A DNA stretch of 64,000 nt from Bacteroidales bacterium (GTDB taxonomy: Bacteria > Bacteroidota > Bacteroidia > Bacteroidales > UBA1715). Positions 48,147 to 58,298 of the stretch are shown here, one piece after another (the stretch's first letter is position 1; each line of letters starts with the position of its first letter). Where the stretch lies: assembly GCA_045615765.1 (NCBI GenBank), contig JAZLFM010000047.1:6370-70369 (forward strand), given 5' to 3'. Made by a program: the position numbers and the translations under genes. The notes under the pieces are model-generated. The model made no database searches. It was not told the DNA's origin and worked only from the letters and a program-made list of their open reading frames with translations.

Positions 48147-49039
48147 ATAGTTTTTTTGTTTGGATATTCAATTTTAGGAGAAAAAAAGAAATAAGATTTA
48201 TATACCCTTAATAACAATCTCATTCTATAAAAGTCTAATTTTAATAACGATTTTACAAATAGGTTCAATTGATAAATATATTCAATCACCACACTTTTTT
48301 TCTTTTCATATTTCCGTCTATTACAAATAGTATTCCTCAACTGGTAGTAGTAATTTTTTAGTCTTTGAGAACTCTTTTCTGTCATAAAATTCAAAACTTC
48401 TTGTTGTTTCCTTTTATGAATAACTTTACTATCCCACACCAAATAAGAGTCATATTTTTCAGATATACGTTGAGTATACTCCATATCATCTCCCCAAATA
48501 AAATATTCTTTTATAGGAAGACCCAACTCAAATGCATGTTTTAAAGGAAAAAGTATAGACACAAATGTTGCGGATTTTACTTGAATCATTTTATCATCAA
48601 TTCTTTTCATCCAAGACGAATATGACCCATTTTTTTGTCTATCATCAACTTCTGGAACATTCATCAAGTTTCCATCCGTTCCAAAGACGCGACTACACAA
48701 AAAGCCGATTTCTTCTTCTCTTTCGGCAACATCCACTAGACATTTCAAAGCATTAGCAGAACACTCAACATCATCATCCATCAACCAACAATATTCATAG
48801 CCTTGCTCCGCAAAGAATTTTATTCCTGTAAAAAAACCACCTGCACCTCCTAGATTTTCTTGTGTAATGTACAACAAATCCTCTTGTTGTTTTAACCAAT
48901 CTTCTGTTCCATCTGTAGAGCCATTATTCACAATCAAAATATCAAAATCTTTATAAACTTGATTCCTTAAAGATTTTATCTCTTCTTTTAATAACTCCAA
49001 TCTATTATACGTAACAACTAATATTCCAACTTTCTTCAT
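48143..49039 (-). CDS. GT2-family glycosyltransferase
   Basis: VGILVVTYNR...ILIVNNGSTDGT...WLMDDD. Confidence 0.8.
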   Translation of the reverse strand: MKKVGILVVTYNRLELLKEEIKSLRNQVYKDFDILIVNNGSTDGTEDWLKQQEDLLYITQENLGGAGGFFTGIKFFAEQGYEYCWLMDDDVECSANALKCLVDVAEREEEIGFLCSRVFGTDGNLMNVPEVDDRQKNGSYSSWMKRIDDKMIQVKSATFVSILFPLKHAFELGLPIKEYFIWGDDMEYTQRISEKYDSYLVWDSKVIHKRKQQEVLNFMTEKSSQRLKNYYYQLRNTICNRRKYEKKKSVVIEYIYQLNLFVKSLLKLDFYRMRLLLRVYKSYFFFSPKIEYPNKKTI

Positions 49040-49042
49040 ATA

Positions 49043-50269
49043 CTAAAATTTAAACAAAGGATTATAACTGCCTATTGTACTACCCATATCCCAAATGAAC
49101 ATCTGTCCCTCAAACAAGAACAAACCTTTTGTAACATGATAAGCGAAAACATAAAGCATCATATAAACAACTATCATACGAAAACTTAATCGAGACACTC
49201 GATTTTTCATACATTGCAATACATGTATTTTCTTATACAATAAATAAACAAATAAAATTGGCCACATTGCATAAAATGGCACGACCAAACGACGCAACAG
49301 TTGCACATTCATAAATAACTGTAACCCTACAATTCCATATACAATTAAGTTATACATTGCTATCATTGTCTGTTTCCTTTGCGAATCGGACTCTCTCTGT
49401 ATTGCACAATAAGAAAAGGCTACTAGGGAAATATCAAATATTCCCATAGCTACGCAAGACAAAATACTTTGGGAATAGATTTCATCTACTGCATTCTGTC
49501 CGAACCAACTCAAACTATTTTCTGTATATACGGAAAATGCTGTTCCTGCAAACATACCAACTAAATACTCACTTATAAAATTAGAGATAAAATCTAAAAA
49601 AGATAATTTTGACACAAATGCAAATAAGACATATAAACAACAAGAAACATATGGCGAAAAAGCTTTTTTAGGATATACACAGAAGAAAATAATAATTTGC
49701 AAAACAAAAGCAACTGTATGAAACATTGTCGCAATAGCACTCAAAAAAATAAAAGCACTCCATTTCCTATCCAAACAATAAACAATAGAGACAAGAGAAA
49801 AAGAAAATGCAACATATTGTCTTATAAAATTTTCTGAATAATAAAATTGAGAAACAACTAGCAGTGGCAACAAGTAACATGCATAATTTGGAAGACGCCG
49901 AACAAGAAACAACAAAGCAACAATAAATAAAAAGTCATAAACAACAAATGCACCATAAAATTCAACATGCATTAGTCTCAAGATACCATTAAGATAAGTA
50001 AATAGCAACTCATTTCTTACCTCATATCCTTTATATACATACACATAGACAAGGTAATCGATACCACGTAAATACCGTAAACCTTCTATTAAAGAATAAG
50101 AGAGAACTAAAGGTACACATGATCTCCAATACAATTTCAACGAAAGGTTTGATTTTTCCACTTTTTGTATCTTTTTACCTGTCCAAAAGGAAAGACACAA
50201 TAAATACAAATACAATATGACAAAATCAACCTTTACTCCCGATGCACCTAACTCAAAAATATTATACAT
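49043..50269 (-). CDS. EpsG/Wzy-type polysaccharide polymerase-like membrane protein
   Basis: 408 aa with 10 or more TM helices, located among glycosyltransferases. No enzymatic motif can be verified by eye. Confidence 0.5.
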   Translation of the reverse strand: MYNIFELGASGVKVDFVILYLYLLCLSFWTGKKIQKVEKSNLSLKLYWRSCVPLVLSYSLIEGLRYLRGIDYLVYVYVYKGYEVRNELLFTYLNGILRLMHVEFYGAFVVYDFLFIVALLFLVRRLPNYACYLLPLLVVSQFYYSENFIRQYVAFSFSLVSIVYCLDRKWSAFIFLSAIATMFHTVAFVLQIIIFFCVYPKKAFSPYVSCCLYVLFAFVSKLSFLDFISNFISEYLVGMFAGTAFSVYTENSLSWFGQNAVDEIYSQSILSCVAMGIFDISLVAFSYCAIQRESDSQRKQTMIAMYNLIVYGIVGLQLFMNVQLLRRLVVPFYAMWPILFVYLLYKKIHVLQCMKNRVSRLSFRMIVVYMMLYVFAYHVTKGLFLFEGQMFIWDMGSTIGSYNPLFKF

Positions 50270-50270
50270 A

Positions 50271-51302
50271 CTAACCTACAAAATTTAGCATACAATCTAA
50301 ACTTTTAACAATAATCATATATATACTATTACGATTATATGAACTTCTCCAGTATCTTACATAACGAAACATTTTACATTTTCTAACTTCCTGTCCTATC
50401 TTTTCATACAAATTAGAGTCATAATTTTTAAGTCTTTTATCAAATTCAATCATTTTATTCCTATTGTTTTCTGAGCTAAATCTTAAAAGATATGCAGTAT
50501 AAACAGCTCTTATTCTATGATTAAGCCTAATGTCAAGATAATTAACAGAATCATCAGGAACATTTTCATATAAATTATGCCTTTGCTCCATCATTACATA
50601 CAAACCATCTAACTCCATCCAAAAGTTTTTATCCCACACACAAGGATCTACAGTTTGTCCATCTCTTCCTACAAGATAATTATATACAACACGATTAAAA
50701 TATGTGATTTTTTTACATGTTGACATCGGCAAAAAAAGCCACTCCTGATCTGTATATGAAATCCCTTCTGTTTGTTTATAATTTATTGATCTCAAATTAT
50801 CTGTCAAATAGCAAACACAATGCATCCAAATATTATCCGCAACATTTAAAAACTCTTTCATTGAAACAATATCAAGTGGAGGCAAATCAAACGATATGGT
50901 TGAGAGTATTTTCTTCTTATCTGTCACTTTTACCATATCTGATATAATACAATCGGCTTCAGTGGTCAAGAGGAAAGTCAAGAAAGATTTAAAATTCATT
51001 GTATCAAACCAATCATCAGCATCCAGCACCTTGATATACTTACCAGTAGCTTCCTTTAGACCTCGATTTATACAAGAACCGTAATTCCCATTTTCTTTAT
51101 CAATCACCCTAAATGTATCTGGGTATTTATCTTGATAAACATGAGCAATCTCACTAGATCTATCCTTTGCCCCATCAATAACGACAAGAACTTCAAGGCG
51201 CTTCAGCAACTCTTGATCATTAATTATAAGAGAAGTAAGACATTTATCGAGATACTTCTCCATGTTGTACGTTGGGACAACAATTGTAAGAATCTTTTCC
51301 AT
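50271..51302 (-). CDS. GT2-family glycosyltransferase
   Basis: LTIVVPTYNMEKYL...VLVVIDGAKDRS...LDADDW. Confidence 0.8.
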   Translation of the reverse strand: MEKILTIVVPTYNMEKYLDKCLTSLIINDQELLKRLEVLVVIDGAKDRSSEIAHVYQDKYPDTFRVIDKENGNYGSCINRGLKEATGKYIKVLDADDWFDTMNFKSFLTFLLTTEADCIISDMVKVTDKKKILSTISFDLPPLDIVSMKEFLNVADNIWMHCVCYLTDNLRSINYKQTEGISYTDQEWLFLPMSTCKKITYFNRVVYNYLVGRDGQTVDPCVWDKNFWMELDGLYVMMEQRHNLYENVPDDSVNYLDIRLNHRIRAVYTAYLLRFSSENNRNKMIEFDKRLKNYDSNLYEKIGQEVRKCKMFRYVRYWRSSYNRNSIYMIIVKSLDCMLNFVG

Positions 51303-51305
51303 TAA

Positions 51306-52460
51306 TTATATATTCTCAAGTTTTAGTACCTGTTCAATCACCGGTGCCATGTCATAATACTTATACTGCCCCAAACGACCTCCGAAGATTACACCGTCTT
51401 CCTTCTCTGCCAATTTACGATACTCTTCAGCCAATGCATTGTTACGATCATCATTCACAGGATAGTATGGCTCCATACCATCCTTATACTCTGTAGAATA
51501 TTCTTCAGAAACTACAGTCTTTGGACAATCATAAACTTCCTGACCGAACATTTCAAAGTGTTTATGCTCTATCACGCGAGTATATGGTTCATTATGCGAT
51601 GTGTAGTTTACTACAGCATTACCCTGATAATTTGGTGTATCCTCCACACGAGTCTTGAACGACACAGTACGCCAATCCAGCTTTCCAAGTGAATACCCGA
51701 AGTACTCATCTACAGCACCTGTATAAACAAGTTTATCAGCATACTTATGCCAGTTATCTTTTAAAGAACACGAATCGCTCGAATCTAATGTATCCTTAAA
51801 AAAATCGAAATTTACTTTTGTTTCGACTCCTTCTAAAAGTCCATCTATAAGTTTGTTATAACCACCAACAGGAATGCCCTGGTACTTATCGTTGAAGTAG
51901 TTGTTATCAAAGATCATACGTACAGGCAGACGTTTGATGATGAATGCCGGCAGTTCCTTGCAATCACGCCCCCACTGCTTTTCGGTGTATTCCTTAATCA
52001 ACTTCTGGAAGATGTCCTTACCCACAAGAGTCAATGCCTGTTCCTCCAGATTCTGAGGTTCACGACCACCAAGTGCAGCTACAGCCTCTGCCTTCTGCTC
52101 ATCAATGCGAACTTGTGCCTGCACTGGTGTATGAACATCTGGCCACATCTTATTGAACGTGTTCATATTGAACGGCAAGTTATACAACTCGCCCTTGTAG
52201 TTTGCCACTGGACAATTGGTGTAACGATTAAACTCCACAATTGAGTTTACGAAATTCCACACTTCCTTATTAGATGTATGAAAAATATGGGCACCATACT
52301 TGTGCACATTAATACCCTCCATCTCCTGACAGTAAATATTGCCGCCAAGTTGTGGTCGCTTGTCTATCACCAAACATTTTTTTCCTGTTTGCTTCGCTTT
52401 ATATGCGAATGTTGCTCCGAATAATCCAGAACCAACTATTAGATAATCGTATCTATCCAT
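51306..52460 (-). CDS. glf: UDP-galactopyranose mutase
   Basis: YDYLIVGSGLFGATFA (FAD GxGxxG), GGNIY, HKYGAHIFHT, YYPVND, GRLGQYKYYDM. The ATG at 52460 is preferred over the TTG at 52472. Confidence 0.9.
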   Translation of the reverse strand: MDRYDYLIVGSGLFGATFAYKAKQTGKKCLVIDKRPQLGGNIYCQEMEGINVHKYGAHIFHTSNKEVWNFVNSIVEFNRYTNCPVANYKGELYNLPFNMNTFNKMWPDVHTPVQAQVRIDEQKAEAVAALGGREPQNLEEQALTLVGKDIFQKLIKEYTEKQWGRDCKELPAFIIKRLPVRMIFDNNYFNDKYQGIPVGGYNKLIDGLLEGVETKVNFDFFKDTLDSSDSCSLKDNWHKYADKLVYTGAVDEYFGYSLGKLDWRTVSFKTRVEDTPNYQGNAVVNYTSHNEPYTRVIEHKHFEMFGQEVYDCPKTVVSEEYSTEYKDGMEPYYPVNDDRNNALAEEYRKLAEKEDGVIFGGRLGQYKYYDMAPVIEQVLKLENI

Positions 52461-52502
52461 AAATAAACTCAATTTTATAGCTTACTAATAAAGTTTCTAA
52501 TC

Positions 52503-54692
52503 TTATATTTCTATATGCCCGATTTCTTTCAATTGGCTTTCTGAACGTTCCCGTCTGTCCACATCCAGTCGTACAAATTTAAAATCTTTCTTGACAGGAG
52601 CACAAAAACGAATCTCGCGCATTATTGCCAATCCATAATACTCACCCATATCCTTGAGATTAAGAATGTTTGAATATATTTTATTGACAGGGTCTATGAG
52701 TTTGTATTCAGGATTATCACATTCATACTCCTTTACTTCACATCTTGGCAGTTTATCCACCTTCATGATAATCATGAAATCCTCATGAGATGGGACGTGA
52801 TAGATACTCATCCCATTATAGGAATACCCAAAGATTGTCTTCACCATCGGGGCTTCGCCACCGTATAGATCGTCAAACGTATTAAGATGGAATGAAGTCA
52901 CCACAGCATAAGTATCATCCAATCCTAATCGGGCAAAAGTATCCTTAATTTCACAAAAATTAATCTTAAAACTTGCAGTAGCAGGAGCCAACCACCATTG
53001 TGCATTATAGTTCATCCATATATCGTGCTGTATCTCGTTTAAGTACAAATCAGGTGTCATACACACCCAATCCGTTCCTGCTTCGAAGTACTTCTTTTCA
53101 TGCTCGTAACTTGCCTGAAAGCACTTAGCCTCTTGATGTATCAGCGTTGACGCATAACGCTCACTCATAGGTGGAAGTTGAAGAGGATAGTTTCCAACAG
53201 TCTCGCGCATTTCTGCTATGAATCGTTGTACCTTCTCTGCATCTACAGCTGATGGTTGAGCACATGTGCGATTTAAGCGCGTCACTACTGCGATACCCAT
53301 CTCGGTAAGATAATACTTTTGTTTCGGACTTTTGGGTTTATCAGGCAAAGTACGAGCAACAAGCCCCTTTTCGAGTGCAGGGGTGAGGATATCTGCTCGA
53401 AAATACTCTCTTTGACTTAAGCCCATCATATGCATAATATCTTTGGCAAGCAACTGTTCTGTTTTGATGACTTTCAGCATATTTAGCACTTGCTCGGTAA
53501 CTTGCTCGGTAACTTGCTCGGTAACTTGCTCGGTAACTTGCTCGGTAACTTGCTCACTTACCCTAAAAAGGGTAGTCATAAACTGGCTGTTTGTTGATTT
53601 GAACACAGGTTTGAACTTATCAACATATCCTTTTAGCTCTTTTGTAGCAAGGTAGATTTTCTTCAGTCCCGACCCCCGTTTTTCCATATAGTCAAGTTGT
53701 GCCATCACATCAGCCAGAATAGGGTTACGTCTTTCGGAAGAGACATCTTTTATGTCCATATCCTGAATCATTCCACCATTGTACATACCACCAGGAGAAG
53801 TGACAGTCAAACGATCATCATAGATATCAAGATGTACTTCTCCACCCATAACTGTATAGTCGCGATGTATAAAATGGTTTACCAACACTTCAAGTACGGC
53901 ACGCTCTGCATATTCTGTCTTATACTTCTTGCCATTAGGCTGCTTTTCCCACCCTTTACGAGTGTTTGACTTGACAAAATTAACAGCTTCGCGCAAAAGC
54001 ATCAAGATATTGCCTTTGAACTCAGCATCGTTGATAGCATCACCTTTCTCTACACCATCCCATCTCGTACAATAAAGTCTTGATTGCGGTAACACAATAT
54101 TGTCAGAGAACAAAACACCTGCATTGGAAAGCAAACCTCTTTCTGTGACAAGTCCAAACGATTTTAGATACTTCTCGTCAAATTCCTGACCAATGCGTTC
54201 ATGAAAAGTAGAAGCCAAAATGCTGAACGAAGATTTCTCTCTAAGAATGTCAGTTATCAGCGAGTCGTAAGTCTGATTCGACCCCTTCAGCACCAGTCTC
54301 ACCATCCGTTCGGCAGATGCCTGCACACTCTCGTCACCCATACGGACAAACGCTATTCTCTGACCATCACCCACGTAGTAATAGGGAGTGTACTTACCTG
54401 AGTGAATCTTCAGCTCCAGCACCCTCACATCACCATCCTTATGAGGAATAGCCTCCACATCTGGGAGTGGATCCATTCGTTCCTTGATGGCTGTACTTAT
54501 CTTTTCAGTCACCATCTGCACATCATCAAGACCCTGCACGGAGCCATCATTATCCACACCGAAGAACAGCGAGCCACCCTCGCCATTGGCAAAAGCACTC
54601 ACACTCTTCAGCCAACTCTTAGGTTTCTTTTCCTCCAGCATCAGCTTGAAGTCATACGCAGTACATTCTGATATAAGATCCTCGATATTCAT
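52503..54692 (-). CDS. AlbA_2 (Schlafen-like divergent AAA) + HATPase_c_4 + wHTH protein with an extra C-terminal domain of about 290 aa and unknown function
   Basis: The N-terminus has WLKSVSAFANGEGGSLFFGVDNDG (AlbA_2). The middle has LVNHFIHRDY...LDIYDDRLTVTSPGG (HATPase_c_4). This is followed by a VTEQ x5 linker, a wHTH (PDKPKSPKQKYYLTEMG), and then unassigned sequence to residue 729. Confidence 0.6.
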   Translation of the reverse strand: MNIEDLISECTAYDFKLMLEEKKPKSWLKSVSAFANGEGGSLFFGVDNDGSVQGLDDVQMVTEKISTAIKERMDPLPDVEAIPHKDGDVRVLELKIHSGKYTPYYYVGDGQRIAFVRMGDESVQASAERMVRLVLKGSNQTYDSLITDILREKSSFSILASTFHERIGQEFDEKYLKSFGLVTERGLLSNAGVLFSDNIVLPQSRLYCTRWDGVEKGDAINDAEFKGNILMLLREAVNFVKSNTRKGWEKQPNGKKYKTEYAERAVLEVLVNHFIHRDYTVMGGEVHLDIYDDRLTVTSPGGMYNGGMIQDMDIKDVSSERRNPILADVMAQLDYMEKRGSGLKKIYLATKELKGYVDKFKPVFKSTNSQFMTTLFRVSEQVTEQVTEQVTEQVTEQVTEQVLNMLKVIKTEQLLAKDIMHMMGLSQREYFRADILTPALEKGLVARTLPDKPKSPKQKYYLTEMGIAVVTRLNRTCAQPSAVDAEKVQRFIAEMRETVGNYPLQLPPMSERYASTLIHQEAKCFQASYEHEKKYFEAGTDWVCMTPDLYLNEIQHDIWMNYNAQWWLAPATASFKINFCEIKDTFARLGLDDTYAVVTSFHLNTFDDLYGGEAPMVKTIFGYSYNGMSIYHVPSHEDFMIIMKVDKLPRCEVKEYECDNPEYKLIDPVNKIYSNILNLKDMGEYYGLAIMREIRFCAPVKKDFKFVRLDVDRRERSESQLKEIGHIEI
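53488..53557. repeat. perfect 12-nt tandem repeat (acttgctcggta x5 plus a partial unit) encoding (VTEQ)n
   Basis: Read directly from the sequence. It is in frame within the 729-aa ORF. Confidence 0.95.
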
Positions 54693-54971
54693 TTGGATAA
54701 ATTTATGTTTGAGGGGTTCTGTACTATAGTAAAAATTTTAAAACGCAGAGTAACATTTTTCCTTCATCAAGAAAACCAATCACTTTAACATTACATTTAG
54801 CACTTTCAAGCTGCACATCGTGCCATTTTTAGTATCAAATCGGTAGTATGCTAATAGTTTTGAAGCTACTTTAACCAGCTTAGTCCATAAACCTTCATCC
54901 GATCTTCGGTCTCCTTCTCTACTATCTCACCTATGACGTTTTGTTGTATTGGATTCATATATATATATGAT

Positions 54972-56036
54972 TTATTCTTTAGTTTCTTTTAATTCACGCC
55001 CAGAGAATGTCCCATAGCTTTTGCCTGAGACTTCTCCTTTTTTATAGTAATCACATAAAGCCTTTATCATCGTTTCAAAATCTTTTCGTTCCTTTATCTT
55101 TATATGACCATCCGCACCGACTGTTATATTATCACCATAACGCTTACAAACAGTCTTCATTTTCTTGATTCGATTAGCATCAAGGTTCGCAAGACCTCCA
55201 GTTTGGTGTAATTTGACAAGTTTCTTGTGTAGTGTGGTATTGGTCTTCAGTTCTTCATCCATAATATCCAAGCCATCAATCATGCCAGTAGATTTCATAT
55301 CATCAACTACTTCTTCAGCTTTTGCATGATATTCTTCTTGAAGTCCGACAATCTGCTCGAATGGAACTTTCTTCAGCACGTAGAATGTATCATCACAGTA
55401 GAGACAGTCTATCTGCTTGTCAAGTGTGACAGCCTCACCTTTCATCAAAGTAAGCTTCTTTGACTTCGAATTGAATATAGTTCGAACTTGACGTATTATC
55501 AGATTCTTGTCTGGATCTTTATTCTCATCAATAGCTATCTTGCTAACCATAATCTTTCTGAATGTGTAGATCCAACTCGAACTTTCAACATCTAAGAATC
55601 CGATGCAATATGCCCACAATTCCTCACTATCAGATATAATACCATCTATGCTTTCGACTTTGGGAAGTTCCTTTCCGAGTTGGTTTATGACAACATCTGA
55701 GAATGAGGATGTTTCCGCTTTCAACTTGTAAGAAAACAAATGGTCTGTGTCATCAGAGATTGGGTCATAGTCAATCAACGAATAATCTTTGGACAGTGTA
55801 CGTTCCAGTTCTTTTATAGAAAGGTCATACAGATACTGTCGAATTTCGTCGTCAACATCAATCTGATAAACCTTGAACAAATACTTATCAAGGGTCTTAT
55901 CACGCTTACCTACACCATCACGTAAGATGCGAGTAATGAAGTGAAGCTTCACATCCTCTTCGTTAGTCGACTTTATTGTGCCCAGAACCTCGTCCAATTT
56001 TGAAGGTTCCTTAATCTTTTCTTCTTTCTTTGCCAT
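54972..56036 (-). CDS. kwaB: KwaB-like (DUF4868) protein, putative Kiwa component
   Basis: 354-aa soluble protein immediately downstream of, and overlapping (26 nt), a 4-TM protein. Size, order and general sequence character fit Kiwa. The DUF4868 match is not verifiable by eye. Confidence 0.5.
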   Translation of the reverse strand: MAKKEEKIKEPSKLDEVLGTIKSTNEEDVKLHFITRILRDGVGKRDKTLDKYLFKVYQIDVDDEIRQYLYDLSIKELERTLSKDYSLIDYDPISDDTDHLFSYKLKAETSSFSDVVINQLGKELPKVESIDGIISDSEELWAYCIGFLDVESSSWIYTFRKIMVSKIAIDENKDPDKNLIIRQVRTIFNSKSKKLTLMKGEAVTLDKQIDCLYCDDTFYVLKKVPFEQIVGLQEEYHAKAEEVVDDMKSTGMIDGLDIMDEELKTNTTLHKKLVKLHQTGGLANLDANRIKKMKTVCKRYGDNITVGADGHIKIKERKDFETMIKALCDYYKKGEVSGKSYGTFSGRELKETKE

Positions 56037-56640
56037 AATATAATTTGAATCCTATTTGGTAAATGTCATAGTTGACATGCTCCTTATAATCCTTTGTATC
56101 AGTTATAATCAATGCGTCATGAGTATCGTTAGATGAGTCACCAACAAGCGAATACTCAATTTCCAACAACGAATATCTCAAACTCAACAAAGGATTTATC
56201 AGGATCATGTTTGAGTTAACGTATATCGTATAGATTAAAGCCATAACAATTACAAATATTCCACACTCGATAGGTGACGAAAAGTCACTTGCAAAGAATG
56301 GCACTATATATGTTGCAATATAACCGATAGCTTCACTATTTCTGTTACTAATCTTCTTGACATCTACTATATTGCCACTTTTAAGGTTCCTGTCAAAGTT
56401 GCTAAGAAGAACAGACATTCCTACCAATCCGATAATAGAGATAATCGCCAGCAAACATGACATCCCGAAATGTATTAGGAAACAAATGACGGCCGCTTTG
56501 TTAACCCCTGCCCAATGCAGAAACTCAATGTTATCACTTAGTTGCTTAACAATAATGATTAGGAATAACGGTATATAGGATGTTACAAAAAGCGAGAACA
56601 AAGCGCCAGTTCTGAGCCCATTATTATTATTCGATTTCAC
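56011..56640 (-). CDS. kwaA: KwaA-like four-TM membrane protein, putative Kiwa component
   Basis: 209 aa with four hydrophobic helices, upstream partner of the KwaB-like gene. Confidence 0.5.
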   Translation of the reverse strand: MKSNNNNGLRTGALFSLFVTSYIPLFLIIIVKQLSDNIEFLHWAGVNKAAVICFLIHFGMSCLLAIISIIGLVGMSVLLSNFDRNLKSGNIVDVKKISNRNSEAIGYIATYIVPFFASDFSSPIECGIFVIVMALIYTIYVNSNMILINPLLSLRYSLLEIEYSLVGDSSNDTHDALIITDTKDYKEHVNYDIYQIGFKLYYGKERRKD

Positions 56641-56651
56641 TTTTTATGTTT

Positions 56652-58298
56652 TTATACATTATATTCTTTCCTTAATGATTGCAAGCTATTCATATTGAGC
56701 AACACGGATGGCTTTGACCTCTTCGTTTCACCATTCTTGTTTGTCCTATAGCTTGTTGTAATCAAAAAGCATTGAGATTTTGCTCTGGTTACACCTACAT
56801 AGTGGAGGTTCAAATCCTGCTCAAAATCATAATATATAGGATTATTGAAATCTCCATTTTCTACTTTCTGATATGGCAACTCCCATTCATTAAGATTCAT
56901 GTGAAAAACAACTTCAAATTCAAGCCCCTTTGATTTGTGAAGAGTCATCAACACTATTTCATTGTCATTTAATGGTCTATATGTATTATAAAACTTCTCA
57001 TTAGCAAGAACGGCCTTTAACTTTGCATTAGATCCAGAATCCTTAGAATGCGGTAGTAACAAGTTTGCTATGGCTACAAAAAGTTCATAAAGCAATATGA
57101 CGTTATCCTCTGGAACTTCCTTAACTTTATGTTCCAACTCCAAGAGTCTCTGCCGTATAGATAATGGCAGATTACCATAATCCACATATTCATCAATCAC
57201 TTGCAAAAAGGGCATTTTAGAATCGAAATAATACGTAAGAAGTTGTGAATACAATCTTGACCGTAAATTCATATCCATTTCAAGTATCGTGGTCTCAAGC
57301 ACGCGGTGTGGAATTGCCAATGATTCATCCAAAATCTGTAATGTTCTTGAATTTCGAACCAAAATAGCAATATCGGATAGATTTCTTACACAATGTTGGT
57401 TACATAGTTCCGGGACACATGCACTGATAACATCTGCAGCTCTTTCTTCCGCACCATCTACGTGCAATAAATATACGCCGTCTTTATCTGTAGGGATGAT
57501 GGTTGAATTCTCATCAAGTAACCTATTTGAATAGTTTATTATAGGTACGGAACAACGATGGTTTTCATTTAAAGCATAGTATGTAAAAGAAGGATCAAGT
57601 TGTAAATTTGTCAAGTACTTGCTTACCTTATGCGAAAATCCAAAGATAGACTGATTGGCATCCCCAACAGCAACTCCAATCATCCCCATGCCTATGAGTT
57701 CACGAAATACGCCGTCCGTATAACAGTCGGCATCCTGATATTCATCTATGAAGATATAGCGATAACGCGCGGACAGATAACGACGACAAGCAATGCTCTG
57801 TCGTATAATATGAAGAGCCAGCAGCTCTAAGGATTCAATAAGAACATAGCCATCGGTATATAATAGTTTCAAATTATCCCAAGCAGCAGTTTCAATACTT
57901 TCATACTCAGGATGAAACTTATCTATCCATTCGAAATCAATCCGCCTATCCTCAATAAGGTCTTGGACAAATAGCGGAACGACTTCTCGTACGGAATTCC
58001 CAAATACGTATTTTCCAAAAGGCAGCACTATCTGCGTCAAACAAAAGCTGTCTATCGTACCAAAGTATGAATAACTTGAATTTGTACCCTTTGCCAATGT
58101 GCGTCTTTTAAGGTTTGCAGAAGCCTTACGAGTATAAGACAATGCAATAACTCCTTGGTAATCGAGCAAGTCCCCACCGCCCAGGACTTTTCTAATCTTC
58201 TCTGACATTATAAATGTTTTTCCACTACCAGGAGAAGCTAACACAACCGTATTGCCAGGATTAGCTATAATGTCGCTCTGTATATCAGTAGGCTCCAT
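56652..58298 (-). CDS. gajB: GajB-like UvrD/PcrA-family (SF1) helicase
   Basis: Walker A ASPGSGKTF, motif II IFIDEYQDA, and C-terminal TLHKSKGLEFE and VGVTRAK. It overlaps gajA by 14 nt. Confidence 0.75.
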   Translation of the reverse strand: MEPTDIQSDIIANPGNTVVLASPGSGKTFIMSEKIRKVLGGGDLLDYQGVIALSYTRKASANLKRRTLAKGTNSSYSYFGTIDSFCLTQIVLPFGKYVFGNSVREVVPLFVQDLIEDRRIDFEWIDKFHPEYESIETAAWDNLKLLYTDGYVLIESLELLALHIIRQSIACRRYLSARYRYIFIDEYQDADCYTDGVFRELIGMGMIGVAVGDANQSIFGFSHKVSKYLTNLQLDPSFTYYALNENHRCSVPIINYSNRLLDENSTIIPTDKDGVYLLHVDGAEERAADVISACVPELCNQHCVRNLSDIAILVRNSRTLQILDESLAIPHRVLETTILEMDMNLRSRLYSQLLTYYFDSKMPFLQVIDEYVDYGNLPLSIRQRLLELEHKVKEVPEDNVILLYELFVAIANLLLPHSKDSGSNAKLKAVLANEKFYNTYRPLNDNEIVLMTLHKSKGLEFEVVFHMNLNEWELPYQKVENGDFNNPIYYDFEQDLNLHYVGVTRAKSQCFLITTSYRTNKNGETKRSKPSVLLNMNSLQSLRKEYNV

